Source: Azolla caroliniana (taxonomy: Eukaryota > Plantae > Polypodiophyta). Taken from it: a DNA stretch of 64,000 nt. Under the pieces are notes generated by a model that worked only from the letters and a program-made list of their open reading frames with translations, was not told where the DNA came from and did no database searches. This document shows, piece after piece, positions 39,955-50,381 of this stretch. Made by a program: the position numbers and the translations under genes. Within the stretch, counting starts at the first letter, position 1. The number at the start of each line of letters is the position of its first letter. Where the stretch lies: positions 9,672,001 through 9,736,000 of the forward strand of contig JBHGNT010000015.1 of NCBI GenBank assembly GCA_043228905.1, given 5' to 3'.

Positions 39955-41106
39955 ATGGCCACTGTTAGCGCTGAAGAATATCAATCTGTTTTCTCGGAAT
40001 TCCAATGCTTGAAGGAGAAGTTCCATGCTTTGGAACAAGAAAACCAACGGTTGCTGGGGGATCTTCAGCAAATCTCCTTAGAAAAGCAGCAAACGCAACA
40101 ACAACATGGGGAACTTGCGTTACGCGTGCAACAACTCGAAGCCACCATCGTAGCGATGCAACAACATGGGTCCGGAACACAAGGGATTCATAAAGAACCT
40201 AAGATTGGCCTTCCCACGAAGTTCGATGGAACGCGATCGCAGTTTAGAGGGTTCCTTAACCAGGTACGATTAGTTATTCAAATGCATCCTTCCCGATATC
40301 CCACCGATGCATCACGAGTGGGTTTAGTAGGCACTTTGTTAAGTGGCTCAGCGTTGTCATGGTTCGCTCCACTATTAGAAAAGGAATCTCCATTACTCAA
40401 CAATTTTGAAGAGTTTCTAGGTGAGTTTAAAGCATGTTTCGGAGATACTGACATCATCAGGACCGCAATCAACAAAATCCGGCGATTACGCCAAGGTGAC
40501 CGTCCAGCCTCCGCATACGCTGCAGATTTTCGCCTACTCGCCGCCGATATCCCTTGGGATGATCAAGCGTTGATGGAGCAATTCCGTTATGGTTTACGCA
40601 ACGATGTCAAGGATTTACTCTTGACCTTCCCCGAAGAGCCAAAGTCCTTAACAGAAGCAATCAGTCGTGCGGTGAGATGTGACAACCGCCTCTTTGAGCG
40701 ACGTTCGGAACGACAGCTACAGATGCCGAGGGCAAGAACAGAGCCCACCTACGCCTCAGTGGTAGCAAGACCTTTTCCGAGGGAGTCATATAATGCGTCT
40801 CCACCGAATACTCCGACTCCGATGGAGATTGACACTACACGTCGTCGAGGGCCATTATCCGAAGAAGAAAAGCAGCGACGCCGTACAAATCGACTATGTC
40901 TTTACTGCGGTGGACCAGGACATATCGCAATAAATTGCCCCCATAGGCCAAGAAGACAGGTAAACCAAATAGTCGCTAGTTCTAATTGTACTAAATCCGA
41001 ACCTATTTCAGTAGGGATATCTGATAGTCCTAATAGTACTAATATCCCAGATCTAGCAAACAAATTTGATGTCCTTAGTCAGTTAGAAGAAGAGTTAAAC
41101 GACTAA
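39955..41106 (+). CDS. gag: Gag of B (coiled coil, capsid, CLYCGGPGHIAINC knuckle)
   Basis: Intact 383-aa ORF; PTPMEID motif. Confidence 0.92.
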   Translation: MATVSAEEYQSVFSEFQCLKEKFHALEQENQRLLGDLQQISLEKQQTQQQHGELALRVQQLEATIVAMQQHGSGTQGIHKEPKIGLPTKFDGTRSQFRGFLNQVRLVIQMHPSRYPTDASRVGLVGTLLSGSALSWFAPLLEKESPLLNNFEEFLGEFKACFGDTDIIRTAINKIRRLRQGDRPASAYAADFRLLAADIPWDDQALMEQFRYGLRNDVKDLLLTFPEEPKSLTEAISRAVRCDNRLFERRSERQLQMPRARTEPTYASVVARPFPRESYNASPPNTPTPMEIDTTRRRGPLSEEEKQRRRTNRLCLYCGGPGHIAINCPHRPRRQVNQIVASSNCTKSEPISVGISDSPNSTNIPDLANKFDVLSQLEEELND

Positions 41107-44100
41107 GTCCAGCCAAAATAGGAGCCGTTTGGTTGGACAGCCCTAGATCTGTGCAGCCCATTAGTGGTTCCATTCCCTCTAAGCAAGTTAGTGATGTGTT
41201 CGTAGCCCAAGTAATAGTTAGTACTAAAAGTACCCCTCCAGTACATGTCCTAGCACTCCTAGATTCCGGAGCTAACTCTTGCTTTATGGATAAGAAATTT
41301 GCTCAAGCTCATAAGATATCCCTAAGAAAACTCCAGTGTCCAGCCTCTGTAGTAGTCATTGATGGACGTCCCATTGCTTCCGGAAATATCCTAGAAGAGT
41401 CAGAGCCCATTAATATTGTCCTAGATAACTTAGTATGTGTAGTATCATTTAATATTATTAGTATCCCAGAACATCCTATAGTTTTAGGACTACCGTGGTT
41501 CGAGTTACATAACCCTGACATAGATTGGAGAACAAGAGAAATCCGGTGTCGACAAACCCAAGGGTCAACTCAGAAGATGGCAACCATTTCGCTACGTTAG
41601 TTGCGTAAAGAAGGGCACAAGGAGGAAATGTTCCTCTTTGCAATATCAGTAAACCCCTCCAACACCACTAAAGAAGAATCCACCGTTCAACTTCCCGAGA
41701 AGTATCGCCATTACACCGATGTGTTCGATAAAGTACAAGCCAACACACTTCCTCATCATCGACCGTACGATTGCCCCATCGATTTACAACCGGGAAAAGA
41801 GCCGCCATGGGGACCGATCTACAATTTGTCACCAACCGAGCTGGAAGTCCTTCGGGCCTATATAGAGGAGAATTTGGAAAATGGTTTCATTCGGCATTCG
41901 AAATCTCCAGCTGGTGCGCCCATTTTCTTCGTCAAGAAAAAAGATGGATCGCTTCGTCTCGTTGTAGATTACCGTGGCTTGAATAAGGTTACAATCAGGA
42001 ATAGGTATGCTCTTCCCCTTATCTCAAGTCTTTTAGAACGGATCAATGGTGCCAGGTTCTTCACGAAGATCGACTTACGGGGAGCATATAACCTCGTACG
42101 GATTCGACCAGGAGACGAATGGAAGACCGCGTTTCGCACCAGATATGGGCACTTCGAGTATACTGTCATGCCGTTCGGCCTCACTAATGCGCCGGCAGTC
42201 TTCCAGCACATGGCTAATGATATATTCCGAGATCTATTGGATGATTGTTTGATCATCTATTTGGATGATCTACTGGTTTATTCAAAGACCCAAGAAGAAC
42301 ATGATTCTCATGTACTATTAGTACTAAAACGACTTCGAGAACATGGTCTGTATGCAAAGCTAGAAAAATGTAGTTTCGGGTGCAACCAAGTGGAATTTCT
42401 CGGCTACATCATTTCATCAGAAGGCATCTCCATGGACCCAGCTAAGGTCAGAACTGTGGTAGAATGGCAGACTCCGCGTTCGGTATGGGATGTACAATGC
42501 TTCTTAGGCTTTGCCAATTTTTACCGGAAGTTCATACAAGATTACTCAAAGATCGTTCTACCTCTCACACAACTTACCAGGAAGGGACAACCGTTCACCT
42601 GGTCTGAAGAAACGGACATGGCTTTCGAGAGTCTTAAAAAAGCATTTACATCGGCTCCAATTCTAGCTCATGTCGATCCGGAGAAACCATTCATTATCGA
42701 AGCTGACGCATCGGATTTTGCATTGGGGAGCATTCTGTCACAACAGGGGAATGATGAAAAGCTACATCCTGTGGCTTTTCACTCACGCAAGTTTGATGCC
42801 GCCGAAATCAACTACGAAATCCATGATAAGGAGCTATTGGCAATAGTGGATTCTTTTATGCAATGGAGGCATTTTCTGGAGGGATCCTCTCATCCAGTCA
42901 CCGTATTTAGTGACCACAAGAATCTTGCCTACTTTCAGGATGCTCGTGTGTTGAATCGACGTCAAGCTCGGTGGGCCCACTTCCTCACGCGTTTCGACTT
43001 CAAAATTACATATCGTCCGGGGAGGCACCAAGGGAAGGCAGATGCATTATCACGGCGTTCGTATCTAGCACCCCGTCCCGGCGAGCCAGCTTTCGATAAC
43101 CAAAAACAAGTCATCTTGGGACCGGCACGATTACAAGCAACACAAATCTTTGACATGCCTATGGATTCCCGCGTTATCGATACCATACGTGAAGACTTGA
43201 AGACAGATGCGTTCGCCCAAGCTATACTAGCACAAATTGATCCCTCTCGAGCGTCGTGTTCACAGTCGCAACCACCAGGTACGGACTATCGGCAATTCAA
43301 ATACCATGATGGATTACTCTTCTTTAAAGAACTTTTGTATGTTCCTAATGGTTCTTGCCGCCTTCGAGTAGTACAAAACTGTCATGACACATATACAGCT
43401 GGGCATTTTGGTAGTACTAAAACATTACATTTAGTACAACGATCATTCTGGTGGCCCTGTAGGCGACAATTTGTCGAGGATTTTGTTCGGACTTGTGATA
43501 CATGTTGCAGAGCGAAAATGCCAAGGCATCATCCATATGGTTTATTAGAACCATTATCAATTCCAAGCAAGCCGTGGCAATCCATTGCTCTAGACTTCAT
43601 CACAGATCTTCCAGTCTCTAAGGGGTTCAATGCGATTCTAACGGTGGTCGATCGATATACGAAGATGGCTCATTTCTTGCCATGTACTAAGGAGATCTCC
43701 AGTGAAGACACTGCCGAAATTGTCATGCGTGAAGTATGTCGGCATCATGGACTCCCCGATAGTATCATCAGCGACCGTGGACCCCAGTTCGTGTCAAAAT
43801 TCTGGAAGCACCTTTTTAACATGCTCAAGGTCACTTGTAACCTCTCTTCCGGCTACCACCCACAAACTGACGGCCAAGCTGAAAGAACAAATCAAACGTT
43901 GGAGCAGTATCTGCGGTGCTTTCTCAGCTATCATCAAGACGACTGGGCAGATATTCTCCACTTCGCCGAATTCGCCTATAACAACTCTATCCACGCATCC
44001 ACTAAAGTTACGCCATTTTATGCTTATACGGGATGTCACCCCCGGTGGAGTGTACTTGAAACCCCAGAGGTGTCCACAAATCCGTGCGCGGAGGATCGTT

Positions 44101-45423
44101 TGGAGCGGTTACGCAAGATACAAGCGGATTTATCTACTCATCTCCAGCAAGCTCAACAAACACACAAGGTCTACGCGGATCGTCATCGACTTCCATCTAG
44201 TTTTAATATTGGAGATCGGGTGTGGTTGCTACGACGACACATCAAGACTACTCGCCCATGTGAGAAGTTGGATTATCGGCGATTAGGTCCTTTCCGTTGT
44301 CGTGCCTTTCGGCTCCGGATCGTTTGCGTGAGTCGGGTGGGAACCACCGGGGTTTTGGACTAGGAAGAAGAGAGTTTTAAGGCTAATAAGAATATAAATA
44401 TGTTGTAAGAAAGAGTTATAGCAAACTCGTGAATCCCACGAGTGTATTGTATTAGATTAATCAATATGAATATAAGAATATAAACTTCGGTTGAAAGAGA
44501 ATGATATAGAATTCTCGCGAATCCCACGAGTATAGTTTATTAATTGGTGTTTTTTAGAAACATATCTAGTTTCCAAATATTTTTCACACACAATTACATT
44601 GTGCTCCCCATCCTTATGTAGTGATGAGGAAGTCTTAGTAATCCATGCTTTTTCTCTAACTATAGACCCCATGCTTTTCCTATAGATAGACTATATGCTT
44701 TATCTAAAGTGATCATGCTTTTTTCTAACTTGTGCGTTTTTTATCATGCACGCTAGATGTGTATGTGTAGCTTTTTCTTTTGTTATGCGTTTTTCTAATG
44801 TTTATCCTAGCGTGAATTTACCTTTCTATGTGGGACATCTATGCTTTAACACTAATGAAATGCTAGTGTAATGGTAAGACATTACATTATTAACATGGAG
44901 GTGCAAGGTTCGAATCTTGCCCTATGCATGTTCCATTTATTTTGCTATTTTCTTCTATTTCTTCATTTTTTATTGAATCTAATACTATATACGTTTTTCA
45001 CGTAGTGTACAAAATACACTACGACACCGTATTATTGGAAAGATTAATGATGTTGCTTTTCGTCTCGATCTACCTCCTCAACTTCGGATACATCCGGTGT
45101 TTCATAGTTCTCTCTTCGAACCCTACCACGAGAGCACCATCCCAAAACGTCTTATCCAACCTCCACCCCCGATCGAGCTTGAAGATGGGCCGGAGTACGA
45201 GGTTGCCGCCATTCTTGATTCCAAGATTGTTCGCAACAAGCTCTACTATCTAGTCGATTGGCTAGGCTATAGTCCCAGCGAACGTACTTGGGAACCGATC
45301 GAGAATGTAACCAATGCTCGTGCTCTTCTTGAAGACTTCCATCGTCAATATCCACACAAACCGGGTCCTCAATCCAAGACGACTCGTGACACTCGTCGTT
45401 TTAAAGGGGGGATAGTGTCATGA
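41094..45423 (+). pseudogene. pol: Pol of B (-1 frame): PR (LLDSGA), RT (YLDD), RH, IN, group I chromodomain; one stop at 41598 and a solo-LTR insertion
   Basis: ORFs 41133-41600, 41601-44363 and 45097-45423; GPFR|IIGKIN is restored when the solo LTR is removed. Confidence 0.93.
44298..45026 (-). mobile_element. Solo LTR of family A (A2)
   Basis: TGTCGT...ACGACA flanked by a perfect 4-bp TSD CCGT. Confidence 0.94.
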
Positions 45424-45710
45424 TATGGCAAGACTCGAACCCATGACCTTAGGTTATATGGGTCGAGCTCTTGACCATTAGACCATCTATTGTAATACGT
45501 AGGATATTATTTTCATTTACATTTTATTATAGGAAATTAGTGTATATTCCAGATTTCTCTGGAACATTCTAGAAGCTTCAGGATTACTCCTGAAAACACT
45601 ATAAAAGAGGGCACTAGGCATTATGTTGAACCAAATTGGTTCAACGCCAGTCTTAAGCCTTTTAGCCACCGTTGTATATTCTCTTCATATAATAAATATC
45701 TTTCTTATCA

Positions 45711-45758
<48 letters not shown>

Positions 45759-45862
45759 GCTCACTTCTTCCTTCTCTCGAAGAAGTTCCACACCTCTCAT
45801 AGTACTAATCCTTCGTTTAGTACTAATTCCTTCTCTGTCTCAGTACTATTCCTGACATCTGT

Positions 45863-47372
45863 GAAGTTAACATGCTTAGCTTCACTGAAATAACATCAGA
45901 TCTTTATGATCACCTTCGAGGAAAGTATCCTGATGACAGTTATTTTGCAAAATACTGGGCAAGAGTTGAGTCTGGAACAGATACCACCACATCCTCGAAG
46001 GAATACTTCCACATTGCTAACGGTTTGCTCTACCGTAATGGGAAGGTTTGTGTTCCAGATTTACCTGAGGTCAAAAAGAGGATTCTTTTTGAATGTCATG
46101 ATGCACCCTCAGCAGGGCACCCTGGAATACATCGTACACTCGTTCTCATCTCCACTCAATTTTATTGGCCTAAGATGCGTCCTGACATACATAGCTATGT
46201 GACTAAATGTCACCAGTGTCAGGTTAACAAAGCCGAGCGACTTAAAGCCGCAGGACTTTTACATCCCTTGGACATTCCCAATAATAAGTGGGAACGTATA
46301 TCCATGAATTTTATTGTTAGCCTTCCTCGCACCCAAAAAGGTCATGATGCCATATGGGTTGTCGTTGATCGACTAACTAAAATGGCCAGATTTATTGCTA
46401 CTAAAACCACGGTAACAACTCCTGAATTGGCTTACCAATTCGTTGACGAATTATTTCGTTTTTATGGGTTACCGATGGATATCGTGAGTGATCGAGATCC
46501 AAAGTTTACTAGTGACTTCTGGACACAAGTCTTTAAGAAGTTAGAAACTATGTTGAGCATGAGCTCCACGGATCATCCTGAATCCGATGGACAGACAGAA
46601 CGAGTAAATCAAATTATTGAGGACATGATTCGAGCATACGTTGGTGCAAAACCAACAAAATGGGAACGTTATCTCCCAATTTTGGAGTTTGCTTATAACA
46701 ACTCCAAGCATACATCGACGGGATATAGTCCTTTTATGTTGATGTATGGTTTTCAACCACGAGCCCCGATTGATGTTAATATACATCATGATGAGTTGTG
46801 AAGTACGCAAAACTTTCTTCGGGATATGCAAGATATGTTGCATATTGCATGAGATAATATAAAAACAGCTCAAGATAGAGCGCGTTTTTATGCCGACCAT
46901 CATAGGCAACCTCGTGTATTCAACCCTGGACAGAAGGTATTTTTACGTGTACCTCACAATTCTAAGACATTGGCTACGGGTAAGTGCGCTAAGTTAGCCC
47001 CACGGTTTTGTGGACCTTTTACAGTCCTCAAACGCATTGGGTCATCAGCCTATCGTCTCGCTCTTCCCGATGGTGTTGGAATTCATCCAGTCTTTCATGT
47101 GAGTCATCTAAAAGAATTTCTAGGTTCTGGCGACAATACAGTTACAACTGAAACTCTGGTTACTTTTGAAGAATTATCTTCTAAACCACATGTACCAAAA
47201 AGAATTCTCGATGTTAAAACAAAAAAATTACGTACTAAGGAAATCCGAGAATTTAAAATAAAATGGATGGATAAATCAATAAAAGATGCCACATGGGAAC
47301 GCGAAAATACTCTCAGAACTAATTTCCCTAACTTTCCATTGCAAGAGTGCAATGTTTTAAAGAGGGGGAGTA
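45863..47372 (+). pseudogene. pol: Integrase and chromodomain of element C
   Basis: HDAPSAGHPG..CHQC; IVSDRD; GQTERVN; PRFCGPF; PKRILD..KIKW..DATWE. Confidence 0.9.
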
Positions 47373-50260
47373 TGTTACGGGCATGACCATTTAATATCCC
47401 GTGGTGAGAATTTACCGTAGTATTCTATACATGTGGATAAGTGTGAGGGTTAAACGAGAGTGTAAAGAAGGGGAGGATTACTTTTAATCCTCGGGATTGA
47501 GACAACCCATTAGGTCAAGTGTGAACTTGCTTGGGGGCCTTGGGTATCGCTATAAATAAGAGGCCTAGCTACCCTCATTTGATCATCTTTTGACTACATC
47601 GAGACTCTGGTCTTGTGGTGGGTCAACTCTTGTAGCGAGCGCGCTAGCACCAGGTATGACTCGACGCCACAGCGGTGGTATGGGACACCGATCGGGGCTC
47701 GAGTCCATCTCGATCCCTTCGCTCGGGGGTGGATCGGCACCCTTCTTTCTCTTTCTCCTTTCTATCTATCAATACTTTATCCTTATCTTAAGCTTACTTT
47801 AGTACCTAGATCTCTAATACAAGTGATGAGAGTGGTCGACTATGCACACTTTGCTCTGAACAAGTTCGCGAATCTGAGTATCACACTTTGATACAATGCT
47901 CTGCCATTGATCATATCCGACCATGCTTTCCACATCTCTTCGACCGAGCCCAATCCTTGCATGAATTCCTCTCACAACCATAATGCGCACGCTTGATTGC
48001 AACATTCATTGGTAAAGTTCTTGAACATCGAAAGTCACTACTCACTTTCACATATATCACGTGAAATGTAATATTTTTGGTCTCATAGGTCATATTTGAC
48101 CTACGAAGACGATAATATAATCTATCTATCTATCTATTTCTCCATCTTGACAGCTTGAACCATTTTTTTCATTTCTTCCTCTTCCACAAACCCTAACAAG
48201 TTCTCGTCTTCCTTCTCCTCTCCCCTTGTAAGCTATGGAGTCTGTGAGCAAATAGGAGTATATGCGTGTTCTTTCTGAGCTCAACATTCTCATGAATAAA
48301 TTTGTGGCATTAGAGCATGAAAACCAAAGGCTACTTGGGGACCTACAACAAGTGAGCACCGAAAAAGCTCAACAATATGAAGAGTTATCGCAACAGGCTC
48401 ACCAACTTGAGGCGACTATATTATCATTATGAGAACAAGCATCGGGGGGTCAGAACTCCCCTAGAGAACCAAAGATTTTCCTCCCTGCCAAGTTTGGTGG
48501 TACGAGGTCTTTATTTCGAGGCTTTTTGAATCAAGTTCGTCTAGTTATTCAGCTACATCCCAATCAGTATCCAACTGACAATGTTCGTGTGGGATTAGTG
48601 GGAACTTTGTTATGCTGTACGACATTAGCATGGTTCACACCACTTCTCGAGAAGAAATCACCATTGCTAGAGGATTTCGAGGCATTTGTTAAGGAGTTTC
48701 AAGCTAGTTTCGGAGACACTGACAACAATAGGATAACGATAAACAAGATTTGAAGGCTCTGACAAGGAGATCGTCTTGCGTTGGCCTACGCATTTGATTT
48801 CCGTCTCTTGGCATGCAGTATCCCTTGGGATGAGGCGGCCTTAATGGATCATTTCCATCAAGGTTAGGGTAATGATGTTAAAGATCTTCTCCTTACTTTC
48901 CCTGAAGATCCGAAGTCGCTCACAGAGGCCGTGCGATGTGATAATCGCTTATTTGAGCGATGTTCTAAGCGCTAACAAATGTTATGCCGTCAACCAGAAC
49001 AGACTTACGCTTCCGTAGTTGCAGCACCTCCACCAGTTTCCAGACCCATTACAAGGGATGGCCCAACTCCGATGGAAATAGAGTCAATAGAACGTCATGA
49101 GCCTTTATCAGATGTTGAGCAGCAACGACGTCGAGCGCATCGCCTATGCTTGTATTGTGGCGGTCCAAGACATATAGCCATAAATTGTCCACATAAACCT
49201 AGACGTCAAGTATACCAAGTAACTGCACATGACAACCATACTTCGAGTTCCATTGTTACTTCTAATAACATAAGTAAGCATCATAGTCCTTGCCATGAGA
49301 ATAGATTCGAATGCCTTGAGCCAATTAGAGGATGTGTTAAACGAGCAAGTCCGGCCAAAATAGGAGCCATTTGTTTGGACCATCCTAGCTATGTAGAGTT
49401 AGTTCCTCGTCGTGGTTCCATTTCATCAAATCAAGTGAGTAAAGTTTTTTTTGCACAAGTCGAGCTTACCACATCTACATGTCATCGAGTCCTAGCCTCT
49501 GCCCTCCTAGATTCTGGAGCCAACTCTTGTTTCATGGATCGTGAATTTGCATTGTCACAAAACATTCTCTTGAATAAGCTCCCAAGCCTAGTAGCCATAG
49601 GATTGATTCATTGATAGTCGAGGAGTCCAAGCCAATTCGGATAGTTCTTGGCGATTTGGCAATCATAATCTCTTTTTCAACATTATTCGTAGTCCGGAAC
49701 ACCCAATAGTTTTAGGTCTCCCTTGGTTTGAAGTCCATAACCCGAAGATTGACTGGATGAAAAGAACAATTGAGGAGACCCGGGAAAAAAGCACAAACCC
49801 CGCATCCCTTAAATCTCCGACGTGATACTAGATCCCCTGAGTTATCGACCATCTCTCTACGACATTTGCGTGAGGAAGGGGGGAATGAGGCCATGTTCGT
49901 CTTCACAATAGTAGCAACTTCATCATCCACTTTACATGAAGCAGACATTAAACCACCAGAGAAATACAAAGAGTTCTCAGACGTCTTTGATAAGGTGAAG
50001 GCCAATACATTGCCGGAGCATTGGCCATACGACTGTCCTATCGATTTACAACCAAGGAAAAAACCTCTATGGGGTCCAATTTATAATCTCTCCTTGTTAT
50101 GTACACATAATGTTGGTGAGGGTAGGTCACTAATATTTACATTAGTGAAGGGTATGTTCACTAATGTTAAAAAGGGGCTAATGTGATTGGATAGAAGGAA
50201 TGATAGGTGCATGCACTATCATGATTTGGGCAACCAATGAATGGAGACCCTTTTAGAAAG

Positions 50261-50347
50261 TGAAAAAGAATAGTGTGCGGAAGCAATAGAAAACCGAAAC
50301 ACAGAAACACAGGTTTAATGGAGAGCTTGAATATACGCAGTACGCGG

Positions 50348-50381
<34 letters not shown>

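Larger units (their letters stand above)
39460..45857 (+). mobile_element. Near-intact young Tcn1-like chromovirus B
   Basis: TSD TCTGT; LTRs 39460-39881 and 45416-45857 appear identical except in the (CT)n tract; PPT 45403-45415; gag, PR, RT, RH, IN, chromodomain. Confidence 0.96.
37948..47819 (+). mobile_element. Ty3/Gypsy chromovirus C (Reina/Tekay type), lacking gag/PR; split by element B
   Basis: TSD CAAGT on both sides; partial 5' LTR 37948-38142; 3' LTR 47373-47819; PPT AAGAGGGGGAG; RT FLDD, RNase H, IN, group II chromodomain. Confidence 0.92.
36822..48137 (+). mobile_element. 5'-truncated RTEX-like LINE (36822-37947 plus 47825-48137), split by element C
   Basis: GVKQGCPLSPTLF, YVDD, FKYLG; LSSHALRCEIGRWGTS|DESGRLCTLC..EYHTLIQC reads through the TSD; 3' stem-loop and (TCTA)n tail. 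Confidence 0.85.
36408..50093 (+). mobile_element. Old Tcn1-like chromovirus D: LTR 36408-36821 plus 48138-48152, gag/PR/RT start 48236-50093; hosts the nest
   Basis: LTR TGTCAT...TTGACA split by a LINE; self-priming PBS TTGAACCATTT; gag/PR homologous to element B. Confidence 0.8.

Noticed and set aside
50094-50260. TG-starting segment, possibly an LTR fragment (similarly 8733-8930 and 11760-12040)
   Set aside because: No second copy, TSD or PBS in the window; cannot be assigned.
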